This document shows, one piece after another, positions 39,272 through 55,230 of a stretch of 64,000 bases of DNA. Each line of letters begins with the position of its first letter. The stretch's first letter is position 1. Source of the stretch: Eledone cirrhosa. Taxonomy: Eukaryota. Both the position numbers and the translations under genes were made by a program. The notes beneath the pieces were generated by a model. It saw nothing but the letters and a program-made list of their open reading frames with translations, was not told where the DNA came from and ran no database searches. The DNA lies in assembly GCA_964016885.1 (NCBI GenBank), contig OZ024750.1, positions 12,586,001-12,650,000 on the forward strand, written 5' to 3'.

Positions 39272-39306
<35 letters not shown>

Positions 39307-39650
39307 GTATATGTATATATATGTATGTATATGTATATGTATGTATATATGTATATGTATATATGTATATGTATATATATGTATATATATATATATATAT
39401 ATATGTACGTATCGTATATATATATGTATATATATATATGTATATGTACGTATATGTATATATATATATATATATGTACGTATATGTATATGTATATATA
39501 TATATGTACGTATATGTATATATATATGTACGTATATGTATATATATATATGTACGTATATGTATATGTATATATATATATATGTATGTATATGTATATA
39601 TATATATATGTACGTATATGTATATATATATATATATATGTACGTATATG

Positions 39651-39681
<31 letters not shown>

Positions 39682-39762
39682 GTACGTATATATATATGTA
39701 TATATATATATATGTACGTATATATATATGTATATATATATATATGTATATATATATGTACG

Positions 39763-39794
<32 letters not shown>

Positions 39795-39820
39795 TATATA
39801 CATACATATATACATACATA
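38585..39820. repeat. (TA)n compound microsatellite
   Basis: Directly visible. Confidence 0.97.
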
Positions 39821-40168
39821 TGGAGGCACATGGCTTAGTGGTTAGAGCATTGGCCTTGCAATCGAAAGGTTGTGAGTTCAATTCTCAGACCGGGTGATGT
39901 GTTGTTTCCTTGAGCAAGACACTTTATTTCACATTGCTCCAGTTTACTCAGCTGTAGAAATGAGATGATAGGGACTGGGTTCCCTATCATTCCACTGCAA
40001 AGTGGTCGTGGAGGTGCCACGGCAAAAGAGCACCCAGCGCTCACTGTAAATGAGGTTGGTGTTAGGAAGGACATCCAGCTGTAGAAATCAAGCCAGAATT
40101 AGTTCCTGTCCCACTCTTGCAAGCAGGGAAAAAGCGGACGTAAAATGAAATGAAATGAAATGAAATGA
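39821..40168 (+). mobile_element. Full-length SINE family A inside a TA microsatellite
   Basis: TGGCTTAGTGG A box, GAGTTCAATTC B box, CORE-like segment, tail GGAAAAAGCGGACGTAAAATGAAATG. Confidence 0.9.
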
Positions 40169-40467
40169 TATATGTACGTATGTATATATATATGTGTATA
40201 TATATATATGTACGTATGTATATATATATATGTATATATATATGTATATATATATGTATATATGTATGTATATATGTATGTATATATGTATGTATATATG
40301 TATGTATATATGTATGTATATATGTATGTATATATGTATATATATATGTATATATATATGTGTATATATATATGTATATATACATGTATATATACATGTA
40401 TATATATATGTATATATATATATGTATATATATATGTATATGTATATATATGTATATATATATGTAT

Positions 40468-40513
<46 letters not shown>

Positions 40514-40598
40514 GTATGTATATATATATATATGTATATATATATGTATATATATATATATATGTATATATGTATATATATATATATATGTATATATG

Positions 40599-40633
<35 letters not shown>

Positions 40634-40668
40634 GTATATATGTATATATATATATATATGTATATATG

Positions 40669-40703
<35 letters not shown>

Positions 40704-40786
40704 GTATATATGTATATATATATATATATGTATATATATATGTATATATATATGTATATATATATGTATATATATATATGTATATA

Positions 40787-40831
<45 letters not shown>

Positions 40832-41100
40832 GTATATATATATATGTATATATATATATGTATATATATATATATGTGTATATATATATATGTGTATATA
40901 TATATATGTGTATATATATATATGTGTATATGTGTATATATATATATGTGTATATATATATATGTATATATATGTGTATATATATATATGTGTATATATA
41001 TATATGTATATATATGTGTATATATATATATGTGTATATATATATATGTATATATATATGTGTATATATATATATGTATATATATATGTGTATATATATG

Positions 41101-41131
<31 letters not shown>

Positions 41132-41196
41132 GTATATGTATATATATGTGTATATATATGTATATATATATTTGTATATATATGTATATATATATT

Positions 41197-41235
<39 letters not shown>

Positions 41236-41240
41236 GTATG

Positions 41241-41293
<53 letters not shown>

Positions 41294-41358
41294 GTATATG
41301 TATATATGTATATGTATATATGTATATGTATATATGTATATGTATATATGTATATATC

Positions 41359-41413
<55 letters not shown>

Positions 41414-41464
41414 GTATATATATATATGTATATATGTATATATATATATGTATATATATATATG

Positions 41465-41515
<51 letters not shown>

Positions 41516-41547
41516 GTATATATATGTATGTATATATATATGTATGT
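40169..41547. repeat. (TA)n compound microsatellite
   Basis: Directly visible. Confidence 0.97.
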
Positions 41548-41837
41548 ATCATCATCATCATCATCATCATCAACGTTTAACGTCCGTGTTCCACGCTTGC
41601 ATGGGTTTTACGGGCGTAGTCCCACTTGAGGCAAGAGTGATTGTCTTGCTCGCATAGGACTATCTGGCAGGTTTTCTACAGTTGGATGCCCTTCCTAACA
41701 CCAACCACATTTACAGTGTGGGTCTGGGAGGTTTTTACCGTGTTGCCTACACGGCCACATTACAGCGTGGACTGTGTGTTTTTTTTGTCGTGACACCTAC
41801 ACGATCTCATTTGTTTCGGTCTGGATGGCGCGGCACC
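41548..41837 (-). mobile_element. 5'-truncated RTE-tailed SINE variant
   Basis: (CAT)n tail, TTTAACGTCC and GGATGCCCTTCCTAACACCAACC segments shared with family A. Confidence 0.7.
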
Positions 41838-44577
<2,740 letters not shown>

Positions 44578-44707
44578 TTAATGCAGAGACAAACTAGCTC
44601 TTTCTTAAAAGTGTGTGTGGATTTGTCTTGGTTACATCGTAGTTAAAAACTGTGAAAATGGCCAATGAAAACTATACTGTAGGAATTGTTATTTCAATGA
44701 AGCAGTT

Positions 44708-46400
44708 ATCATCATCATCATCCTCATCATCATCATTTTTATGTCTCTTTTTCCACACTTGCATAGGTTCGACTGGTCCTATTCAACAGAACATCTCTCC
44801 ACTCGAAGCGATCCTTCATCATCTCCACTGTGAGTTTCAGCAATTTGTGATCAGCTCTCACCACTTCTGCTCATGTCTTCCATGGCCTTCCTCTATCGTG
44901 GCTTCCTTTCGCTGGGATTTCTTAGCACTTCTTCATCCAGCAATCACCATCTATGCACCTCACATGTCCATACCAACGCAGTCTTCTCTCTTGCACACTA
45001 CTTTTGATTCCTCTTATACCCAGTTTTTCTCTCAGTTCATCCAAGTTCTGTCATTCTCTTTCATTAACATTGCACTTCCATCGAAGCTTGCTTGCTTCAT
45101 TTCTCTTTAGCCTGCACATATCCTCCGCAGTCACTGCCCATGTTTCAGAACCATTCAGCATAGCACTTTGCACACAGGCAACATATAGCCAGCCTTTCAT
45201 TCAGAGGGATAAACCTTTTATTGACAACACTGGTAGTAGTTCCCTAAACTTCTTCTATCCTATGCTTATTCTAGCTATTATGCTCTTTCACCACCTTCCT
45301 CTGCTGCTAATTGAATCACCTAGATAGCAGAAGCTATCAACCATTTCTATGGATCTTTCCTAGAAAACATTTAAATTATTGTTCCTGCTAATATCAATTA
45401 ACTCTGAACATCTACATACAAAGTCTTCTTTCCTGTTAGTCTACCTGTTATCCCCCTACATCTCTTGTGTACCCTATATTTACATTGTGTACATCGCGTC
45501 AAGTTTATGCCTATTCTTTTTCTACATATCGATATGTAGAAAAAGAATAGGCATAAACTTGATGCGATGTACACAATGTAAATATAGGCCACTTCTGTGA
45601 TGGAATCAGGGTCCTGTCTTCTTTCCTACTTACTAGCACTTTTGTTTTGGTTAAGTTTACTTACAGCCCTTTTCATTCCAAATTCTGTTTCCACTGTCAG
45701 AACTTATTCTCTAGTTCTTCCATAGTTTCAGCTATGAGGATCAGATCATCAGCGTACAGAAGTTCCATGGATAACTAGTCTTAAACTCCTTTGTTATGGC
45801 TAACTTTGATGAACAGTGGGCTGAGAACTGCACCCTGATGAAATTCTACCTATATTTCAAATTCCTAACTAAACTCATTTCCTACACTCTCTTTAATGGC
45901 TGCTCATCTGTACAGGGCTTGTACTGCTCTCACACACCACTCTTTTACCTCTGGTTTCCTTAAAGAGCACCAGGTGATAGTTTGAGGTACTCTGTCAAAG
46001 GCCTTTTTTATACCAACAAAAACTAAATACAGCAGCTCTTCGCTAGGAACTTCTCTTGTAATTATCTCACTAGGACGATGGCATCTGTAGTACTTCACCC
46101 AGGCACAAAACTGAACTGCATCTCATCTAACTTTACTCTTTTCTTAATTAGCTGTGCTAGAACTCTTTCTATCACTTTCATAATTTGTTCCATTAGTTTT
46201 ATTCCTCTGTAGTTGCTTCTTTCTAGAGTATCACCTTTTCTTTTGTAGCAATTAATGAGTGTTCTGCTGTGTCTGACCTTGGCTATGACATTGTTCTGTA
46301 TTACCTGATTGACTATATAGGTGACTAGTTCAGCTCCTACTTCTCCCAATCCTGTTAGAATATCAGCAACTATCTCTGACGGTCCTGTGGTTTTGATATT
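44708..46400 (-). mobile_element. Degraded RTE-clade LINE (RT plus C-terminal region and (ATG)n tail)
   Basis: Minus-strand NYRGIKLM, QFSFVPG, KAFDRVP, LYADDLI and CRK..RCTQC..VHKRC motifs across frameshifted ORFs; (CAT)n at 44708. Confidence 0.85.
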
Positions 46401-47295
46401 CTTCTGCTAAAACAGTTGTAGAAATAATTTATAACATATATTAGATATTGTTTAATATGTAATATATATTATACAATATATGAACATCACCAATAACCTA
46501 ATAAATTAGTTTCTTGTTAATTATTTTTAACATGCGGGGGAGATAGTATGCTACAGTGTAATTTTTATATTTATTGTGTCCATAGTTAGCAGTAAAGATT
46601 AATCTGCCAGGGAAACCATGGTGCTTAGATGTATGTTCTTCATATCGATTCTGGATATTTAGCTATACTTCCAGAAGATAATAAAGAGAGATAATGAAAT
46701 TAAAGTAGTTTGGGTAAATGACAGAATCATAAAACCACCTTGATGCCAACCATAATCTTTTACAAACGTTGCAATTTGGAATAACAGAGGATCCAAAGAG
46801 ACAGTTTTATGAGCCCTTATGCAAATTACCTCATATATATGCAACCTACTTGGATATACATGATCCATTCTGATATTTCTCAGTCATGTTTGTTAATACA
46901 AGATCAAATCATGTGTGTATGTGTGGTAACCATTATATAAGAATCAAAAAGAGAAGACCTTTTAAGACTGTCAAAACATTTATCAATTGACGGACTGCTA
47001 CATACAAGTGAGGGACATTGACAAGTCAGTGTGATTTTATCTTCTTGACTAGAAAATACACCCATGATCCTCTAATAAGATATGTACCTCAATCATATAG
47101 ATTAACGAGAGGTAGCAATTAATTTTGTAATATTTGTTTTATGTACTTCTTTAGATTTTCATTAATTCATGAGTTTGTTTTGATTTCTTTCCCCGTTGCT
47201 TTATTACTATTTTTGTGTGTGTGTGTCGGGGGTGGTAGGGTGGGGTTTCAATAATTAAGAATAAAAGTTCTGGATGGTTATATATATATATATAT

Positions 47296-47354
47296 AAGTT
47301 CGGATCTAGCTGTCGAAACGGCCGGAGCTCAGCCGTCGGGGTCCTGACTCTTTT

Positions 47355-47358
<4 letters not shown>
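47296..47358 (+). mobile_element. Unclassified TA-flanked hairpin element (copy 3, one arm only)
   Basis: GATCTAGCTGTCGAAACGGCCGGAGCTCAGCCGTCGGGGTCCTGACTCTTTTC matches 6098-6151; (TA)n on both sides. Confidence 0.65.
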
Positions 47359-47396
<38 letters not shown>

Positions 47397-48384
47397 TATA
47401 TACTAGTATTGGTGCTCTGAAATAGCAATGTATATATGAATGTATGTATAGTAAGTATATTTGATCATATACTGTATGTTTTGCCGAGAATAAGTGACAT
47501 AGTCACTCCTTTAAAATTTATAGCGAATGGTCTTCAAAATGTTTTTAATTAAACATACAGTATATTATCAAATATACTTACTATACATTCATAAATATAT
47601 ATATATATATACACACATGTGTGTGTGTGTGTGTGGTTCAGGCTTGGTTTCTATGGCTGGATGCCCTTCCTAATACTGAACATATTTACAGTGTGTACTG
47701 GGTGCTTTTTGTCATGACACCTACATGACCACTTTAAATTGTGGGCTGGGTGAGGGAGGTGCATGGGGATATAAAAAAAATAACACCCAGCTACAATACA
47801 ACTGATAAATGAGTCTCCTCCTCAAGAAAAGTACAATTCTGAGAACTAAATTATTAATCTTGTTCATTATCTTAATCATTGCATTTTCTACAGAAATTCC
47901 TACACAGCAACACTAAATATTTTACATGTATGAAATTAACAGTTAAACATTTTGTATATTATTCTAATATCATTTGTGTTTATAATTAATCTATGTCTTC
48001 CTTTAATGATTTACTAAACAATCTAATTAATTAAGATTGCATTGTATTAACTCATATTAACAGAAATATATGTAATTATTTTTCTCATCTTTTAATATTG
48101 AAAATAAAAAAAGATATTATTTCCTGTACATCTAGTACTACTATTCAAGGGCTACTACTCAGATGCAAAATAATAAGGCCTTTGGAAATGCCATGAAGAA
48201 GCATCACTTGATAATGTAGTCCCAATTAATCCTAAAATGACAGAATAGACTGCTCAATCAGCCATATTAATGTGGTATTTAAGATACAATTTATTATCTA
48301 ATGATAAACTAGTTCAGTCATAAGTTGTGTGGTTATAACTAATCATATCAATATGTTATTTTTGTAATCTCTTATTGGTTGATT

Positions 48385-48790
48385 CATCGTCACTGTTTTA
48401 CGTCCATTCTTCCACGCTAACATGGGTTAGATGGGTTGACCTGTTGTGGGCAATGCCAGGTCAGGTGACCATATCTTGCTCATACAGAACTGATTTTGGC
48501 TTGATTTCTACAGCTGGATGCCATTCCTAACACCAACCTCATTTACAGTGAGTACTGGGTGCTTTTTTACTGTGGCGCCTACACGACCACTTTACAGTGG
48601 GAGAGGGTGGGGGCATACTGTCTATAATGCTTCAGCTTCGGCTTGTACCTGTGGGAAGTCGGGTCTTCTGTATTACTGCGTAACACCAAAGATCTCGGTC
48701 CTTTGAGAGGTGTAATTGGGCAAGGTCAGCTTTTATCACCTCATCCCAGGTTTTCTTGGGTCTCTCCCAAGGACTCCATCGACTTATGCA
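48385..48790 (-). mobile_element. RTE-tailed SINE segment joined to an RTE ORF C-terminus fragment
   Basis: Minus strand reads PKKTWDEVIKADL...DRDLW; family A-like tail at 48385-48600. Confidence 0.65.
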
Positions 48791-51053
48791 TGGGAAAATG
48801 TATTTGCTTGGTTCGTGTGTATGAGGAGGGTTCTTTTTTTTCTCCCAGTTTATAATGTTTCTGAAAGGAATATGACCTGAAGGTAGATTAAATATGAAAA
48901 AAGATTTCCGAGAAGAAATGTATAGCTAAAAGAATACATTGAAGGCTTACATAAAATAAAATGACAGTTGTTAAGCAATTATTAAATAAAAATTTAAGTA
49001 TAATAAAATGTGATAGTTTGCTTGAAGCATTGTATATAATATGTGACATTAAAGGAGATAGAAGGCTAAACAACGCAAAATGGACTGTAAGATGAGGTAA
49101 CAAAAAGTAAAAGTTACCTGGTAATCTTTGTTTTGTTGTTGTCGCTGTTCTTTTATCTATCCAATAATTAAGGACATAAAAGTCTCTTCATCAGGGTTTA
49201 AGTAAACTTCAGTGGATAATATTCCAATATCCTCTCTTTGGGATAAAATTAATTAATAATGAAATTAATTTTCCATCATTTAAATATACAATTTATTTAT
49301 TTAATTGTTTTTTTCTATTGTAAAATAATGAACCAGATTAGAAATAATATCAAATACAATTTTGGGCAGACAAAATAAATTTTTAAAAGCAAGAATATTT
49401 CAACTTCACATGTTTATTATTCTATCACATGCTCCAGCCGACAGGCTGAGACCATGCTGGGGCACCACCATTGTTTATGTTTATTTATTTATTATATTTA
49501 ATAACATATAATGTTATTATTATCTTGATAACATATAATGTTCTTTGAATTTCAAAAATCTAATATATCCCAGATTGTTTTCTTTTATTTTTAATTCCAA
49601 ATACACTTTTGGTTTATTATAAAATTTTTTAATGATAAAATATATTTTAGTTTTATGAATTTTGTTTAATATTTATCATATTTGATATCATAAACTTAGG
49701 TGTATATAGTGAGATTTTTATTTTGAAAAACTAATATATAACACATATATAAACAACTTTTCAATGTTCTTTAAAACCAGTTGAAAACCATGTAAAAAAA
49801 AGGTTTGCCTATGTTCTGTTAAAAGACTTTACATTGACCGTGTGTCACCATTGCTTCAGCTATTTATTACATTATTTATAAATAGATTAAACAAAGAAAT
49901 GCATGTTCATGTTTTGAACAATAATCCTACTGGAAAAAATATATATATTCTTTAGAGTTTTTGAATTTTTATTAACATGAATAATACTTGTTGTAAAACT
50001 ATTTCTAAAGAAGAATAGTAGTTATTAACTAATTCTATATATGGCAGTGTGCTCAGATATCCTTCAAATTACAAACATGGTTATTGTATTTCTAAAATTA
50101 TATTATTGTATTTTTAAAGAGAAAACGGAACAATATCTTTTTTGGAAATCTTTGAACTTGATACCTTTGCCCCCAGAAATATGTATTATTATTTAGTATT
50201 ACATTGCAAAGCATTTTTTAAAAAAAGTTTTCAAAATATATTACTTATGGTTTGGAGTTATTTGATGTCAGGCCAAGCTTTTTATTTGATAGTTTAAACA
50301 GGATAGATTATTGCAAAATCTATAATAATAATAATGATGATAATAATAATAATAATAATAGTTTGATTCTTTATATTTTTGGCCTTATGCTGATCTCAGA
50401 AATTATTGTTGTTATTATTATGGTTTTTAGAAATTTTAAAGTACTTTATCAAATGAAAAGCTTGGCCCAACATCAAATAACTACAAACAGATAAATTTTT
50501 GAAAAACTATAGGCAACACACTCTTGCAAAATTAAAAAAAAAATACACTGGCGATGTTTTAAAAAAAAAAAATAATTTTAGCAATTTGAAATATGAAAGA
50601 AACATTCAATTAATGCCTCTATTTGAAGGCATTCTAAATGATGATAATATTTTTTTCTGTGGGAAAAGGTAAAATGATAAAAGGCTTAAAAATATATACA
50701 TTGTTCTTTTTTTTTCTTTTAAAAAATAGTATATTAGAAATACAATAATAGTGGTTGTGATTTGAAAGGTATTTCAACAACCCACATATAGAATGAGTTA
50801 ACACCTACTATTCTTCTTAAGAAATAGTTTCACAGCTAATACTATCTATATTAAGCCAAGAAAAAAGAAAAAAAAAAAATTCTCAATTCAGAAATAAATA
50901 AAATCTGAATTTTTTAATACCTTTATTTTATATGGAAATTAATATCCCAACAGTTACTTTCAATTATTTTCAAAGGAATATGTGAAAATTAAATAAATAA
51001 TATAATAATTTTCTTGAAATTTTGTAATATTAGATATTTTGTTCTGCTTTTAG

Positions 51054-51184
51054 TAAATGGAACTGAAGTAGAAACTGAAGCTGCTGCCAACTGCTTATGG
51101 CTGGTGACTAATTCAAAGCCATGCCCCAATTGTAAATCTCCCATTCAAAAGAATGAAGGATGTAACCATATGAAATGTTCTAAA
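51054..51184 (+). CDS. ANKIB1: ANKIB1 exon, RING2/Rcat with catalytic Cys ([43 protein letters not shown])
   Basis: ttttag acceptor, GTAGGT donor at 51185; joins in frame to the exon ending 16572 (T+TA = Leu); GCNHM motif. Confidence 0.95.
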
Positions 51185-51591
51185 GTAGGTTCATAGTTAT
51201 TTAAAAAACAAACAAAACATGTTTAATAAAATTTCAGTCTTTCTGAAATGTTGTTTCAGTTGTTATTTGTTTCGTCAAATAAACTTTAAACCTCCTGTAG
51301 GGGATATCTGAATATTTACAACACTCTCAGTTAAAATAAGAAAATATTGAAATTTAAAATGGATTGTTTACATGAATATCTCTAAATTATTTATAAACTT
51401 CAAATTTATTTGAATACTAGAAATATAGAATGAAAATTTCCTTAACTTACGTCATTTCTTAATCTTGAAACATATATGTTTCTTGTGAATTTACAATAAG
51501 TTAGATACCTTAAAGTTTTCTCTGTATTCTTTTGTATTTTGATATGTTGGAAAATGGAAATAGATTCATCGATATAATGTATTTTTCTTAG

Positions 51592-51726
51592 TGTAAATAT
51601 GATTTCTGCTGGGTCTGTTTGGAACAATGGAAACGTCACAATTCCAGTACTGGGGGATATTTTAAATGTAACCGCTATGAAGCTGTCAAGAAAGTTGAAC
51701 AACAAACTCAGCTACTATTATCAGAG
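51592..51726 (+). CDS. ANKIB1: ANKIB1 exon, RING2 C-terminus ([30 protein letters not shown]...LLSE)
   Basis: cttag acceptor, GTAATT donor; 135 nt, phase 0 to 0. Confidence 0.95.
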
Positions 51727-53609
51727 GTAATTATTTGAATTTAGTATTCTATTTTTCAGAGATGTTACTATGTTGTGTGAGAAATCAACTGTAAAACTTA
51801 TGAATGCTTGACATAAATATTTCAAAATATTAGAAATAGAAAAACTCTCTTTAGAATTAGTTATGTCTGAGAAACTGTCCACATGGTCATGATAGGTATT
51901 TATGCATGATGTGTTTAAAATATAATGGCTGGTGTATCTTAGCCATCACAGAGAACCAGTAATAGTTATTTTATTTAAATGCAAGCCTAGATTATTGGAA
52001 AATTGTCTTGCGGCTGAGTCCTGTTATGACATTCCCACTCTTACTCATTTATATAAAAATAATAACATTTTAAGAGGTTGTTGTAGTTTGCTTGAAGTAT
52101 TTTGTAAAGTGTAGAAAATATTGTTTTATGAGAAGACTACAGCAAGTGCAACATTAAATGTTAAAAATAATAATAAAGCTGTTGGAATATTACCTTGGAG
52201 TAGTATTTTGTTTTTTTTATTTATTTTAATGACTTAGTCGGAGGGGAAAAGGGAATGTTCATGACTCTTTTAAGAGCTTCAATGCTTGATGAAATGATAG
52301 AAAGAAGGAAGAATGACACAAATGCCTTTAGTTATATCCAAAACAATATTGTAATAAATATTATATAATCTATTTTAAGATACAACATTTTAAGATACCA
52401 CAGAGCAGCCATTTTCTAGTTAAGGAATGGTGAAAGATTACAATGGCAGTTGTATTAACTGAGATAATATTGTATCTTCTTTGTATAGCTTGATTTAATT
52501 TTTCAGATATATGTAAATGAATGGTTTGGTTTTCATATCCAAACACATTGAATTTTGTTTACATTGAAGCATGTCTACTATTTTGTCTATGTTATAGATA
52601 ATTAAATATCGTCATTATCATTTGTTAATTAAAACTTACACATATGCCAGTCATGATGATGAATACTACATATTTCATTCTATAATCACTGTTCTAAGTT
52701 GAACAACAATATCAACACCGGTCCTTCTCCTCTTGGTCATGATTTTGGAAAGAAGCCCACACTTATATCCTCCCATGGGGTAATTCCCAGGTGATGAATT
52801 GACTGGTGATAAATTATAGATGCAACAAGCTGCAGCTGTTTTCTTATTGTCTTGTTCTATATTTTTGAAAGGTCATCATTTGAAGATATTCATACAAGTC
52901 CCAGTGATAAAAATAGCCAAATAAATAAACTTAGATTTCATAACTGAGAAACAATATTTTAAATATAACTTTTAAATGTATTTTAAAGTAAAGCTAATGT
53001 TTATAACTTATCTATACATGCTGTTTATTGCAATAACAATTAATTAATTTCAATATAATGTCTCCAAGAAAACAATTCAAGGTTGATTTGATGTGGTAAA
53101 AAGGAAATTCAGAAAAGATTGCTTTTGTTTATTATTGATAAATGTATAGAAATTCATTCTAAGAGGACAACATGCTGATCAGTTCCTAAGTAAACATAAG
53201 ATTAAAACATTAATTAGGAAGAGACAAAAGAGAGGTGAGATGTATTAGTGGGTGGGATTTATACACAGTTTTAATAGAGCAGAAGATATTATCATAATGG
53301 TTTATTTATTTATTTATCTAAAATGTTTGACAGTTGTGATATCTAAGAAATAATTGTAAACTTAGTATAAAAACATTTTGAAATTGAAACATTTCAGATA
53401 ATGTTTACGTAAATGCATTTATTTATCAGTTCAGAAGTCAACTACTATAACCAGTATTGAATAAGATGAGAATAACAAGTTTTATGTATAAACAAACAGT
53501 TGTTTTCTCATTAATTTTAAAATACATAAAAAACAAAACATCTAAGAAACGATGAGGTTATCTGAAATAAATATCTTTGTAAGTAACTTTCTAATTTTCT
53601 ATTTTTAAG

Positions 53610-53696
53610 GCTCAGGCAAGAAACACTCAAATGCAAGAACTCAATCGCTTTGTTCACTTCTATACTCGGTTTAAGAACCATGAAAATAGCTACAAG
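53610..53696 (+). CDS. ANKIB1: ANKIB1 exon, Ariadne domain (AQARNTQMQELNRFVHFYTRFKNHENSYK)
   Basis: tttaag acceptor, GTAAGA donor; 87 nt. Confidence 0.93.
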
Positions 53697-53971
53697 GTAA
53701 GATCAAATAAAGAGCTTTATAAATGTAAATGACCAAAGTTCAGTTATTTGAAAATTCCATTGAGATAAATTTGTAAATAAAACAGTGGGTGGTAATAAAT
53801 ATATTAGTTTTGATGAGGAACATAATGAATAAAATCATTAGAAAACATTAACTAATATAAAAAACATGTCAAAAGATTAGAAATTATTAGTTCATTAATC
53901 TTCTTAATTGATTTTTAATTTTGACTCAAAGCTAATAGTTTAGAAAGGAGGCAAAGTAAAAGGTAATTTAC

Positions 53972-54118
53972 ACTGACCTCAGTATATAACTGGTACTTTA
54001 TTTTTTACCCTAGAAGGATGAAAGGCAAAGTTGACCTTGGCAGGATTTGAACTCAGAATGTCAAAAACCAGTACAAATGACATTTTATCAGATGTTTTAC
54101 TAATTCTGCCAATTCACT
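53972..54118 (-). mobile_element. Diverged SINE family B
   Basis: CTGGTACTTTATTTT...AAGGATGAAAGGCAAAGTTGACC...TTTGAACTCAGA. Confidence 0.7.
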
Positions 54119-55160
54119 GCATTAATTAATTTTCCTAATTGAATGCTGAAAACTGAATCTAAGTCCTACTTTAGTAATTACTAAGATAAAAGAACACCAG
54201 GAACATTAAGGTAAAAGCTTCATTATACACAGTTTTTTGACAAACAGTAAAAGTATTGAAAAGTGCATTTATCTTGCAAGTCTCTCTTCCATTTCATACA
54301 TGTGACAACAACAGCAGATGGAATTATTTGTCAATTCATATTTCTTTCCTTTTAATAAATATCGTTGTGAATATTAAATAACATATAACAGAATTGTGTA
54401 GTTATGTAATATAACAATCCCCATGCGGTATGTGGATCATTGATACCAGTTGGTGATTGTTAGCTAAACCCATTTTCTATAGCAAATTGCATATAATGCT
54501 TCCATCAAAATTTCTATTTATGGAATTGTGTAAGAAAATTTTAAAAATGTTCTAACAAAAGAATGCCAGTATTGGAATACTTGGATGTTTGGAAACTGTA
54601 AAGCTATAAAACAGAACAACTAGAAAATTTAACTTGAAAACCCCTTCTTAAAAAGAATGTACAAGTATATTGTTAAAAATGTCAATATTTCTTTGTCAAA
54701 CTGTGTCTTAATATGCCATGCATTTACCTGATTTTCATATTTTTATAAATGTCTTCATTGTATTAAAGAATGTTCTATGTAAACGGTAACTTTGACCCAA
54801 GGCTATGAAACATGGTAATCACCTTACAGTTTAGTTCACACCACTAATATTCTTCCTAACCTGTCCTAAACAAGATTTCAGTTTCAAACATACAATCTCT
54901 TATTGTTCCTAATAATAAAAAATATTTTTTAAGAAGACATTCAAACACTATACCAATCAGAGCCTTACTGCTCTGTCCCTGCTCTGATTTTCTTCTCCAT
55001 TTGGGCTTCCATAATTTGTGGACTTGACCCATTCTCCTTCCTAGTTTCTCTATTTCCTGTGTCTTCTTGAATATTGAAATTTTTCTATTTATTAACATCA
55101 TACAATAATATATCCTCTCCCCTGAAGTTATGTAAAAGATCAGTATTGTATTTTATCTAG

Positions 55161-55230
55161 CTTGAAGTACCACTCCTTAATACTGCTAAAGAAAAAATGA
55201 TGAAGTTAGCTGAAGCTGTAACTGATCATG
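55161..55230 (+). CDS. ANKIB1: ANKIB1 exon, Ariadne domain (LEVPLLNTAKEKMMKLAEAVTDH)
   Basis: tctag acceptor, GTAAAT donor; phase 0 to 1. Confidence 0.9.

Noticed and set aside
39821-39895. tRNA gene
   Set aside because: The A and B boxes belong to a SINE head that continues into a core and an RTE tail; no convincing cloverleaf.
49150-49245. Second hammerhead (minus-strand CTGATGAAGAG)
   Set aside because: No correctly placed stem II and GAAA box follows; at most a decayed relic. The same holds for CTGAGGA at ~3946 and CTGATGA at ~58583.
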